Of a stretch of DNA of 64,000 bases, positions 31,901 through 38,939 are shown piece after piece. Within the stretch, counting starts at the first letter, position 1; every line of letters begins with the position of its first letter. Source of the stretch: a virus; IMG/VR virus record IMGVR_UViG_3300042569_002054, one strand, 5' to 3'. The position numbers and the translations under genes were made by a program. The notes below the pieces were generated by a model. That model was not told the DNA's origin, did not search any database, and saw only the letters and a list, made by a program, of their open reading frames with translations.

Positions 31901-33251
31901 AGGTACTTCAGGAAGCTCAGGTTCAAGTGGAACTAGTGGTTCTTCAGGGTCTAGCGGTTCATCGGGTTCTAGTGGAAGTTCAGGGTCATCTGGTAGTACA
32001 GGTTCAAGAGGAACTAGCGGTACTTCAGGAACTAGTGGTAGCTCAGGAACATCTGGTTCTTCGGGTACATCAGGGTCAGGTGGTTCTTCAGGAAGTAGTG
32101 GTAGTTCTGGAACTTCAGGTTCTTCAGGAACAAGCGGAAGCTCAGGAACATCAGGTTCAAGTGGAAGCACGGGTAGTTCAGGCTCGTCAGGTAATACTGG
32201 AAGTTCTGGTACATCGGGTTCTTCGGGTACAAGTGGTTCTTCTGGGTCATCAGGCTCAAGTGGGAATACTGGTTCTTCGGGAACTTCTGGTTCATCAGGA
32301 ACTAGCGGTTCTTCAGGAAGTTCAGGTTCAAGTGGTAATACAGGTTCTTCGGGTACTAGCGGTTCATCAGGTTCTTCTGGCTCATCAGGTTCAAGTGGAA
32401 GCTCAGGTTCTTCAGGTATTACAGGAAGTAGTGGAACTAGCGGTTCTTCAGGAAGTGCTGGTTCATCAGGTAGCTCAGGTTCAGGTTCATCAGGAACAAG
32501 CGGATTAGATGGTATTAGTGGAACATCTGGTTCATCAGGTACATCTGGCTCAAGTGGTAGCTCTGGTTCAACAGGTTCGTCAGGTAGTAGTGGTATAACT
32601 GGGTCTTCAGGTACGAGTGGTAGTTCGGGAACATCAGGTTCATCGGGAACAAGTGGTTCTAGTGGAAGTTCGGGTTCTTCAGGTAGTTCGGGGTCTAGCG
32701 GAAGTACGGGTTCAAGAGGAACAAGTGGTTCATCAGGCACATCAGGTAGTCAAGGTAATAAAGGTGGTCTTCAATACCAATACGGTGGTGGGACAGGAGG
32801 TGCACCTGCTTCAGGTCAATTTACTTATCAAGGAGCGGGTGTAGCGGTGTATGATTTGAAATTTGACGTAGTAACTGCTGACTCAGCAGATTTAAGTGAT
32901 TATTTTTTAAACTTAGTTGGAACACAAGGGATTGTATATTTAATTTTTAATTTAAATGGTTCAAATAAAATTGATATTTACTACTTCAACAATGTAAGTG
33001 TAAGTGGTAGTGATTATTTGTTTACAGGTGCATTATATACAAATGGTGGTGATACAACACTTACAGTAAATGACGTATGTGCAGTTACTATTATTGTTAA
33101 CGGTACATCTGGAACATCAGGTTCATCAGGTACTTCAGGTTCATCGGGTATTACTGGTTCATCAGGTACCTCAGGAGCTGCAGGAGCTGCGGGTGGAACA
33201 TTCACATTAGGACTTGTTTATACAACAGCAAACAATTTTAACTTTATATAA
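25944..33251 (+). CDS. Giant (2435 aa) Pro-free collagen-like Gly-X-Y Ser/Thr-rich fibre protein
   Basis: About 200 aa N-terminal domain paralogous to 14502; about 2066 aa of Gly-X-Y; short globular C-terminal region with a second short GSS tract. Confidence 0.85.
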   Translation: MAIPYQNPISASQITGPFSVARTSPYGTNFNVLNVGGWQEAAYLTNLGLTFSGQGQQQLSVNNIPININIGNGTFSPTYLTLNSDNFSSGRRRLGMIVWVNETETAYQYQIDNYNDLWDAAVSANSVTQLSYETIIKNNTPEGQAFINAWTGSTIEGVSGVTRENARWRVFAQGTELTGGTYFSGTSTLELYNSDGTIISVTGITASGSNGSSGTSGSAGTSGSSGSAGSSGNSGSSGSAGTSGTSGSSGSSGSSGSAGTSGTSGTSGSSGDSGSSGSAGTSGSSGSAGTSGINGVDGASGTSGTSGSSGLSGTGGSSGTSGTSGSSGSSGSSGSVGTSGTSGSSGSSGTSGTSGTSGSSGSSGSSGSSGSSGTSGSTGTSGSSGTSGTSGSSGSAGSSGLSGSVGTSGSSGSSGSSGSSGTSGSSGSSGSTGSSGSSGITGSSGTSGSSGTSGSSGSSGSSGSSGSSGSSGSTGSSGTSGTSGTSGTSGSSGSTGTSGSTGTSGSSGSSGSSGSSGLTGSSGTSGSSGTSGSSGSSGSSGSSGSTGSSGTSGSSGTSGSSGSSGSSGSSGSVGTSGTSGSSGSSGSSGSVGTSGTSGSSGSSGSSGNTGSSGTSGSSGTSGSSGSSGSSGSSGSSGSSGSSGSVGTSGTSGSSGSSGSSGVNGSSGTSGSSGTSGSSGSSGSSGSSGSSGTSGSSGSSGSSGSTGSSGSAGTSGSVGTSGSSGSSGSSGSTGSSGTSGSSGSSGTSGSSGSVGTSGSSGSSGSSGSSGSTGSSGTSGSSGTSGTSGSSGSSGSVGTSGSSGSVGTSGSSGSVGTSGTSGSSGSTGSSGSSGSSGSVGTSGSSGTSGSTGTSGTSGSSGSSGSSGSSGSSGTSGTSGSVGTSGSSGSSGSTGTSGSSGSSGSSGSSGTSGSSGSVGTSGTSGTSGSSGSSGSAGTSGSVGTSGTSGSSGSSGSSGSTGSSGTSGSSGSSGSAGTSGSSGSSGSTGSRGTSGTSGSSGSVGTSGTSGSVGTSGTSGTSGSSGSSGSAGSSGTSGSSGSTGSSGSTGTSGSSGTSGSVGTSGTSGSSGSVGTSGTSGSSGSVGTSGSSGTTGTSGTSGSSGSSGSSGSSGTSGSSGSSGSSGSSGSSGSVGTSGSSGSSGSSGSSGSSGSTGSRGTSGTSGTSGSSGSTGTSGTSGSTGTSGTSGSTGTSGTSGSTGSSGSSGTSGSVGTSGSSGSSGSTGTSGTSGSTGTSGSSGSSGSSGSSGSSGSVGTSGTSGSSGSSGSAGSSGSTGTSGTSGSSGSSGSSGSSGSVGTSGSSGSVGTSGSSGSSGSSGSSGSTGSSGTSGNSGSSGSSGSSGSSGSVGTSGTSGSVGTSGTSGSSGSSGSTGSSGTSGSSGSTGSSGSSGSTGTSGSSGTSGSSGSSGSAGTSGSSGSVGTSGSSGSSGSSGSVGTSGSSGSSGSAGSSGSVGTSGTSGSSGSSGSSGSVGTSGTSGSSGTSGSSGSSGTSGSSGSSGSSGSSGSSGSSGSTGSRGTSGTSGTSGSVGTSGSSGSSGTSGSSGSSGSAGTSGSVGTSGTSGSSGSSGSSGSVGTSGSSGTSGSSGSSGSAGSSGSTGSSGSAGSAGTSGVNGSSGTSGSAGSSGSSGSSGSSGSVGTSGTSGSSGSAGSSGSSGSVGTSGSSGTSGSSGSSGSAGSSGSSGTSGSSGSSGSSGSTGSSGSSGSTGSRGTSGTSGSSGSVGTSGTSGSVGSSGSSGTSGSVGTSGTSGSSGSSGSAGSSGSTGTSGSSGSTGTSGSSGSSGSSGSSGSTGTSGTSGSSGSSGSSGSSGSAGTSGSSGSSGSSGSSGSSGTSGTSGSSGTSGSSGSSGSTGSSGSSGTSGSSGTSGSSGSSGSTGSSGSSGSSGSSGSTGSRGTSGTSGSSGTSGTSGTSGSSGSVGTSGSSGSTGTSGSAGSSGSSGSSGSSGSTGTSGSSGSSGSTGSSGTSGSVGTSGTSGTSGSTGSSGSSGSSGSSGSTGTSGSSGSSGTSGSSGSSGSSGSSGSSGSSGSTGSRGTSGTSGTSGSSGTSGSSGTSGSGGSSGSSGSSGTSGSSGTSGSSGTSGSSGSTGSSGSSGNTGSSGTSGSSGTSGSSGSSGSSGNTGSSGTSGSSGTSGSSGSSGSSGNTGSSGTSGSSGSSGSSGSSGSSGSSGITGSSGTSGSSGSAGSSGSSGSGSSGTSGLDGISGTSGSSGTSGSSGSSGSTGSSGSSGITGSSGTSGSSGTSGSSGTSGSSGSSGSSGSSGSSGSTGSRGTSGSSGTSGSQGNKGGLQYQYGGGTGGAPASGQFTYQGAGVAVYDLKFDVVTADSADLSDYFLNLVGTQGIVYLIFNLNGSNKIDIYYFNNVSVSGSDYLFTGALYTNGGDTTLTVNDVCAVTIIVNGTSGTSGSSGTSGSSGITGSSGTSGAAGAAGGTFTLGLVYTTANNFNFI
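27192..27292 (+). repeat. 101-bp exact direct repeat, copy 1 (copy 2 at 32526-32626)
   Basis: Base-by-base identity checked by eye. Confidence 0.85.
32526..32626 (+). repeat. 101-bp exact direct repeat, copy 2
   Basis: Identical to 27192-27292. Confidence 0.85.
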
Positions 33252-33259
33252 TATTTATA
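33252..33259 (+). promoter_or_regulatory. TATTTATA candidate late-promoter motif
   Basis: Before ATG 33288. Confidence 0.5.
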
Positions 33260-33287
33260 ATAAACTAAATTAAATTATTATAATACT

Positions 33288-33707
33288 ATGCCAGCAAATA
33301 CAGCACCAATTTTTACACTAAGACCTGAGATTATGTGGAATGTTAGCATTACGGCTGCGAATAATACGGGAGATTTAACCTCAGGTACAGTTTATCCTGT
33401 TTTTACCGCAGGTACCGAAGGGAGTTATGTACAAAAAATAAGATTTAGACATACAGGTGCAAATTCGGCGGCAACTGTTGGTCGTGTTTGGATTAATAAT
33501 GGTTCAACAACTACTACCGCAGCTAATAACACTTTATTTGATGAAATAACAATTGCGGCAAATGCAACATTTGTTACCAACGCAGCGTCAACCAACTATG
33601 AATTACCACTTATGTTTGCTTTACCTCCTAATTATATAATTTATGTAACAATCGGTGCCGCAGCCGCTGGTGGTATTGACGCAACGGTTATAGGAGGGGA
33701 CTACTAA
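33288..33707 (+). CDS. Small beta-rich virion/fibre-associated protein
   Basis: 139 aa, MPANTAPIFT...; preceded by TATTTATA. Confidence 0.6.
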   Translation: MPANTAPIFTLRPEIMWNVSITAANNTGDLTSGTVYPVFTAGTEGSYVQKIRFRHTGANSAATVGRVWINNGSTTTTAANNTLFDEITIAANATFVTNAASTNYELPLMFALPPNYIIYVTIGAAAAGGIDATVIGGDY

Positions 33708-33892
33708 TGTTAATATATCAATTAATACAATTTGACTATGGTTCGCCAGTATCTATGGGATATATGGAAATAGATTGGATGGCAGGACAATGTTTAAGAT
33801 TAACCGATTTAGACGGTAATACTTTAGATTTGACAATAAATTTCGGATACCGAGTTGTTGATTCAAACCCTCCAAGACCATCATGGGCTTAA
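33707..33892 (+). CDS. Small hypothetical protein (possible fibre assembly factor)
   Basis: 61 aa, TAATG-coupled. Confidence 0.5.
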   Translation: MLIYQLIQFDYGSPVSMGYMEIDWMAGQCLRLTDLDGNTLDLTINFGYRVVDSNPPRPSWA

Positions 33893-33898
33893 AAAAAT

Positions 33899-34801
33899 AT
33901 GATTGACTATTACAATTTAGCTGACAATCAATATCACAATCAAGTCTATACTGGACCAATAGGTACCAGTGCCTCTTTAAGTACTTTTTATTGGGTTAAA
34001 CCAAGAGGTATTACTATGGTACATATTACCGCTATTGGTGCCGGAGGTGGAGGAGCTTCGGGTAACCAATCTACGGGTACTGCGGCTTCAGGCGGTAGTG
34101 GTGGTGGTTCGGGGGCAATAACTCGATTAACAATACCTGCTATTTTATTATCTGAAAGTTTAAAAGTAACTGTTGGTGCTGGAGGTACGGGTGGTACAGG
34201 AGGTTCAGGAGGCACGAATGGTGCGTCGACATATGTTGATATCGCAAGAGGGGATACGACTGCTATCCAAACTCGTGTAGTATTCGCGGCCGCGGGTTCC
34301 GGTGGAAACGTAGGTTTGGCTGGTGGAGCCTCTGCCGGTGGAGGTGCAGGAGCAATTGCAACTCAAGGAAACGCAATTTATCTAACAATGGGTACTTTTG
34401 TGTCTATCGCTGGACAAGCAGGTGCGGGAGGTGTCAATGCTGCCGCTGGAGGTTCAATAACTGTTACGTCGTCAGGATTACCAATAACAGGTGGGGCTGC
34501 CGGTGGTGGAAAAAGTGCCGCTGACGGGAATTTTGCTGGTGGTAGTATAACTGGAAGTGGAACAATACCTACAATCTCAGGAGGTGCTGGTGGTGCGACA
34601 AATAATGGGGCAAGTGGTATTTTTATAAACTTACCTTTTTTCTCATTAGGAGGAGCTGGTGGTGGTTCTTTTGCTCTTGGAACTGCTGGTAATGGTGGAA
34701 AAGGTGGAATTGGTTGTGGAGGAGGAGGTGGGGGTTCAGGAACCACACGTGGTAGTGGTGGAGATGGAGGACCTGGGATGGTAATAATAACTTGTTGGTA
34801 A
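33899..34801 (+). CDS. Glycine-rich adhesin-like protein, paralogue 1
   Basis: YWVKPRGITMVHITAIGAGGGG ... GGDGGPGMVIITCW. Confidence 0.7.
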   Translation: MIDYYNLADNQYHNQVYTGPIGTSASLSTFYWVKPRGITMVHITAIGAGGGGASGNQSTGTAASGGSGGGSGAITRLTIPAILLSESLKVTVGAGGTGGTGGSGGTNGASTYVDIARGDTTAIQTRVVFAAAGSGGNVGLAGGASAGGGAGAIATQGNAIYLTMGTFVSIAGQAGAGGVNAAAGGSITVTSSGLPITGGAAGGGKSAADGNFAGGSITGSGTIPTISGGAGGATNNGASGIFINLPFFSLGGAGGGSFALGTAGNGGKGGIGCGGGGGGSGTTRGSGGDGGPGMVIITCW

Positions 34802-34813
34802 TTTGTATGTAAT

Positions 34814-35686
34814 ATGAGTTTTGTATATGATTTAGCGGATACTAGTTATAAGACACAAGTGTTCTATCAGTCGGGAAGTTGGATAAAACCTCAAGGTATA
34901 ACTATGATATCCATTACTGCTATTAGTGCTGGTGGTGGGGGAGCTGGTGGTGCTACTAACTCATCTGCAAATAATAGGTCAGGAGGTGGAGGTGGTGGAG
35001 GTGGATGTTTAACTAGATTAATTATTCCTGAAATTTTTATAACAGATTCTTTGATAATAAATGTAGGTACTGGAGGTGCTGGGGGAGTATCGAGTGGAGG
35101 AGCTGGAAGTAATGGAGGTCCTACATTTGTTGATATGCCTGTTCCTGGTAATACTGATATATATACACGTATTATAACCACTTCAGGTGGTACTGGAGGT
35201 AATGGAGCAACTGCTGGTAATGGAGGCTCCACCGCTAACGTTGCAGACGCATTATACTCAACGATTGGAGTTTGGACAACAATTGCAGGCCTTGGTGGAG
35301 GTGCAGGGACAACAACTAATGGAACTTCACTTACATGGGGTTCTCTTGGTATGTTATATGGGGGTGCTGGTGGAGGGGGTATGGCGGCAGGAGCTACCAC
35401 ACCAACAAATGGAGGAAATTTAACAGGTGCAGGTATAGTCCCTACAAATACTGGAGGACAGTCAGGTGGTGCAGGTAGTGTAGGGGTATTTTCATTAACC
35501 CCATTCTATTCTATTGCAGGAAGTGGTGGTGGAGGAGGTGGTACTACACCTGCTTCAGGTGGAGCAGGTGGTGATGGAAACATTGGTACTGGTGGTGGAG
35601 GTGGTGGTGCTGGTACCACACCTACAGGTGTTGGAGGGACAGGAGGACGTGGAGGTGATGGTTTAGTAATAATACAGTGTTGGTAA
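34814..35686 (+). CDS. Glycine-rich adhesin-like protein, paralogue 2
   Basis: WIKPQGITMISITAISAGGGG ... GGDGLVIIQCW. Confidence 0.7.
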   Translation: MSFVYDLADTSYKTQVFYQSGSWIKPQGITMISITAISAGGGGAGGATNSSANNRSGGGGGGGGCLTRLIIPEIFITDSLIINVGTGGAGGVSSGGAGSNGGPTFVDMPVPGNTDIYTRIITTSGGTGGNGATAGNGGSTANVADALYSTIGVWTTIAGLGGGAGTTTNGTSLTWGSLGMLYGGAGGGGMAAGATTPTNGGNLTGAGIVPTNTGGQSGGAGSVGVFSLTPFYSIAGSGGGGGGTTPASGGAGGDGNIGTGGGGGGAGTTPTGVGGTGGRGGDGLVIIQCW

Positions 35687-35696
35687 AAATTTAATT

Positions 35697-36605
35697 ATGG
35701 ATTTTGCATATAATTTAACAAATAACGCTCACAAAACGCAAATATATTATACTGCGGGTCAATATGCTTACACTTTACCTAAAGGTATAACTATGGTCTA
35801 TATCTTATGTATGGGTGCAGGAGGTGGAGGAGGAGGTGGATTTACTCGAGCCGCTGGTTCAGCTGGTGGTGGAGGTGGAGGTGGAGGAACAGGTGCTCTT
35901 ACTCGTGTAGTTATACCTAAAATTTTTCTATCAGATAGTTTACTCATATTGGTTGGTACGGGAGGACCAGGTGGTGCTGGTGGTAATCCTGCAACTGCGG
36001 GTACTGCTGGTGGTCAATCAATTGTTAGTACTAACTTAGGTGGTACGGTGGCATTAAACAATTTATATATTGCTCAGGCTAATGGTGGTAGTGCCGGAAA
36101 TCCTGGAACAGGTGCTGCGGGTGGTACAGGAGGTGCGGGAGGTACCGCGACAACTAATACAGGTATGGGTATGGTGTCATTAGGAACATTTACAAATAGA
36201 ATTGGTATAACAGGTGGAGATGGTAACGCAACTGCTTCACCACTTGCTGGTGTATATGGAACAGGTTCTATACCATTTTCTGCTGGACGAGGTGGAGGTG
36301 GTATAAATGCGGCAAACCCTGGTACAAGTGCAAATGGTGGGTCAATATCGGGTAGAGGTTTTGTTGTTGATGTTGTTGGAGGAGCCGCGGCTGGTGGGGC
36401 AGGTGTTAATGGAATGTTTATGATGAAACCATTTGTTAGTCTTGGAGGTACAGGTGGTGCTAGTAACAATGCTGGTGTGGGAGGTGTTGGTGGTAAAGGG
36501 GGTCCTGGGTGCGGAGGTGGGGGAGGAGGTGCTGGAACATCTCTATCTGCTGGTGGTGCTGGAGGTCCTGGTGGTGATGGTTTAGTAATTGTAACTTGTT
36601 GGTAA
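35697..36605 (+). CDS. Glycine-rich adhesin-like protein, paralogue 3
   Basis: YTLPKGITMVYILCMGAGGGG ... GGDGLVIVTCW. Confidence 0.7.
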   Translation: MDFAYNLTNNAHKTQIYYTAGQYAYTLPKGITMVYILCMGAGGGGGGGFTRAAGSAGGGGGGGGTGALTRVVIPKIFLSDSLLILVGTGGPGGAGGNPATAGTAGGQSIVSTNLGGTVALNNLYIAQANGGSAGNPGTGAAGGTGGAGGTATTNTGMGMVSLGTFTNRIGITGGDGNATASPLAGVYGTGSIPFSAGRGGGGINAANPGTSANGGSISGRGFVVDVVGGAAAGGAGVNGMFMMKPFVSLGGTGGASNNAGVGGVGGKGGPGCGGGGGGAGTSLSAGGAGGPGGDGLVIVTCW

Positions 36606-36614
36606 TTATATAAT

Positions 36615-36836
36615 ATGACATACGTTGAAATTTCAAATATTAATGGTGTACCACCCTTTCAAATTTACTTATGTGATTTTGCGGAAAACAATTGTTCTTT
36701 AGTTCAGACAGAGTATGACCCTGTTTATTGGCCCGTTATTGTTAATTTACCTGTATCCCTTACAGGTTCAACTACAGTGTTTTGTAAAGTAGTTGATGGT
36801 AATTCTTGTGAGACAACTCAAATACTTTCATGTTAA
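36615..36836 (+). CDS. Small Cys-containing beta-sandwich module (73 aa)
   Basis: GVPPFQIYLCD...C...KVVDGNSC pattern shared with the 13488 N-terminus and 44288-44509. Confidence 0.7.
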   Translation: MTYVEISNINGVPPFQIYLCDFAENNCSLVQTEYDPVYWPVIVNLPVSLTGSTTVFCKVVDGNSCETTQILSC

Positions 36837-36870
36837 ATGAATTAACTGTGTATAAAAACAGATTTTTTGT

Positions 36871-36878
36871 TATTTATA
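36871..36878 (+). promoter_or_regulatory. TATTTATA candidate late-promoter motif
   Basis: Before ATG 36883. Confidence 0.5.
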
Positions 36879-36882
36879 AGTA

Positions 36883-38913
36883 ATGGCTTTAGGATTTCAA
36901 AATTGTTGTGACATTGAGGACTATTTTTATGTAAATGGTATTCCTGGTTCTGTTTCAGAATATGAGATATATTATATTGAAACAACACAAGGTGATACGT
37001 TATGTGGAACATATGTTGAATTACCTGAATTATTTTATGAACCTTTGGTTTATGATTTAGTTGGAATGACTGGACAAACAAGTTGTACTACTTGTAAATT
37101 ATTAAATCCTTGTCCTACAGGTATTACTATTGATTTTAGTAGTCAGAGTACAGGTATTTTTACAACAGTAAATGAATGTACTATTAAAACAATTTTTCCA
37201 TTCTATGTTGAATGTGATAGTGTGTTCCCAACATTAGATGAGTCAACAACTGGTTCAGTTAGTTTATTTGTCACGGGTGGTACACCACCATATAGTTTTT
37301 ACAGTGCGGGAACTGAAACTCAAATTGGTCAAGCTATAGAACCAACAAATAATACTTATTTGTTGTATACTGACGTTATACCTGGTACATATTCAACAAC
37401 TGTTGTTGACTATTATGGTGATAATGTACAAGATATTGACTGTGTTATTCCTGAACTACCTGATTATATTTATGCTGAGTGTCAGGTTACAAATCCAACT
37501 ATTAATGGATTTAATGATGGTAGTTTAACATTGTATGTAACAGGTGGAACACCACCATATAATTACTATTATTCAGGTTCTTCAATAACATTACCACTTA
37601 CTAATTTAAGTGCTGGGACGTACAACATTACAGTTGTTGATAGTGGAGTTGGAATTTATTCACAAACTGCAACAACATCTTGTTTAGTTGAAAATCCTGC
37701 TGAAATAATTTATCCTAATAAATTATGTATGAATTTTGATTATTGTGGTGTTGAATTTTATTTAAATTTTACAAGTGCGTCAACCTACAATTTAAGACCG
37801 TTATATACTCTTGATAATCCTTCTGAGATTTCTGTCACAGGAATGAGTTTATTTTGGAATACAAGTTGGGTAAGTTCAGTTGAAAATCACAATTCACCAT
37901 TACCAATACCAACACAATGTCAACAAGAACAAACTTGTTCATTTACTATTCAAAATCCTTTTGCAATTAAACCACAAGACAGTGGTTGGTACGGTTCAGG
38001 TACATTTACACCTGGACCAAGTATATCATCAATTATTGTAACTTCAGGTGTTTGTTCGGCGATAACACCAACATTAACAGTACAAGTTGAAAATTATTGT
38101 GATAATTCAACACAGTGTCAAGGAGGTGTAACTTTAATACCTAGCTCATCATTTGGTGGGCCATACACGTATTTTGTTGATGATGTTGAACAAAACTCAC
38201 CTGTATTTTTTGGATTATGTAGTGGAGGTCACACGGCACAAGTAATAGATGGCGATGGTAATTTAAGTGATATTGTTTCATTTAATATTACATCAACAAC
38301 ACCCTCAACTATTGGTTATTCAAATTGTGTATTTTCTGCTGGAGATATTGTTAATTTAAATTCAGGTGGTAATAAAAAATGGAATTTTAAAACTGTAATA
38401 TCTAATATACCGTCATCATGTCAACTAATTGGTAAAGTTAGAATAACTTATCAATATCTTTTCTCAGGTGTGACGGCAAATATTGGAATATCTCCAATAT
38501 TACCATCGGGTACTTGGAATTTAATTATTAACCAATTAACAACACAACCTGCGGTTGGTAATTGTCCGGCATATGTTATTTATACTCAAGTTTACGAGTC
38601 AACAAATTATACTATAAATGTGTTTTCATCTACAATACAAATAAATAATTGTGGGTTCAGTTGGTTTTTTAATAATCCAGTAGGATTATGTACTAATAAA
38701 GATGTACGAGGTATTGTGACAGTTCAAATGTATTCAATCACTCCTAGTGGAGCTCAGTGTTGTATAACTATACCTCCGACTTATACTATTGGAACGTCTA
38801 CTGTCCATATTAGATATAATAAAACAACACCGCCATCTGAAATTACATTAACTAATACAAGTCTTCTATGTAATCCAAGTACACCTTCACCACCGGCAGA
38901 AAACATACAATAA
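36883..38913 (+). CDS. Cys-rich SprB-repeat-like virion protein
   Basis: DGSLTLYVTGGTPPYNYY...LSAGTYNITVVD; N-terminus MALGFQNCC...CTTC..NPC. Confidence 0.65.
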   Translation: MALGFQNCCDIEDYFYVNGIPGSVSEYEIYYIETTQGDTLCGTYVELPELFYEPLVYDLVGMTGQTSCTTCKLLNPCPTGITIDFSSQSTGIFTTVNECTIKTIFPFYVECDSVFPTLDESTTGSVSLFVTGGTPPYSFYSAGTETQIGQAIEPTNNTYLLYTDVIPGTYSTTVVDYYGDNVQDIDCVIPELPDYIYAECQVTNPTINGFNDGSLTLYVTGGTPPYNYYYSGSSITLPLTNLSAGTYNITVVDSGVGIYSQTATTSCLVENPAEIIYPNKLCMNFDYCGVEFYLNFTSASTYNLRPLYTLDNPSEISVTGMSLFWNTSWVSSVENHNSPLPIPTQCQQEQTCSFTIQNPFAIKPQDSGWYGSGTFTPGPSISSIIVTSGVCSAITPTLTVQVENYCDNSTQCQGGVTLIPSSSFGGPYTYFVDDVEQNSPVFFGLCSGGHTAQVIDGDGNLSDIVSFNITSTTPSTIGYSNCVFSAGDIVNLNSGGNKKWNFKTVISNIPSSCQLIGKVRITYQYLFSGVTANIGISPILPSGTWNLIINQLTTQPAVGNCPAYVIYTQVYESTNYTINVFSSTIQINNCGFSWFFNNPVGLCTNKDVRGIVTVQMYSITPSGAQCCITIPPTYTIGTSTVHIRYNKTTPPSEITLTNTSLLCNPSTPSPPAENIQ

Positions 38914-38939
38914 AAATGAAACGAAGATAATTATAAACA

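Larger units (their letters stand above)
26565..32762 (+). repeat. About 688 Gly-X-Y triplets (GSS, GTS, GST, GSV, GSA), one visible register break near 32478
   Basis: 6198 nt = 688 x 9 + 6; synonymous codons heavily varied; G+C clearly above the flanks. Confidence 0.95.

Noticed and set aside
26486-32740. 2084-aa antisense ORF of PEL/PDV/PEE repeats
   Set aside because: Shadow of the G-X-Y gene. A stop in this antisense frame needs sense codons beginning TA or CA (Tyr, His, Gln), which the repeat lacks, so it is open by construction. The same applies to 15107-15658 and 33014-33205.
26565-32762. Possible CRISPR array or non-coding satellite
   Set aside because: No constant repeat with unique spacers; the periodicity is 9 nt, in frame, with synonymous variation.
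26569-32844. Many short V/Q/L/H-rich and N/L/F/H-rich ORFs in other frames of the repeat
   Set aside because: Out-of-frame read-throughs of low-complexity codons, with no independent start context.
33988-36469. Pro/Ala-rich antisense ORFs opposite the glycine-rich genes
   Set aside because: Reverse complement of GGN runs; the sense genes are conserved paralogues and explain the sequence.
33899-36605. Diversity-generating retroelement acting on the adhesin paralogues
   Set aside because: No reverse transcriptase in the window and no near-identical TR/VR pair differing at adenines was seen.
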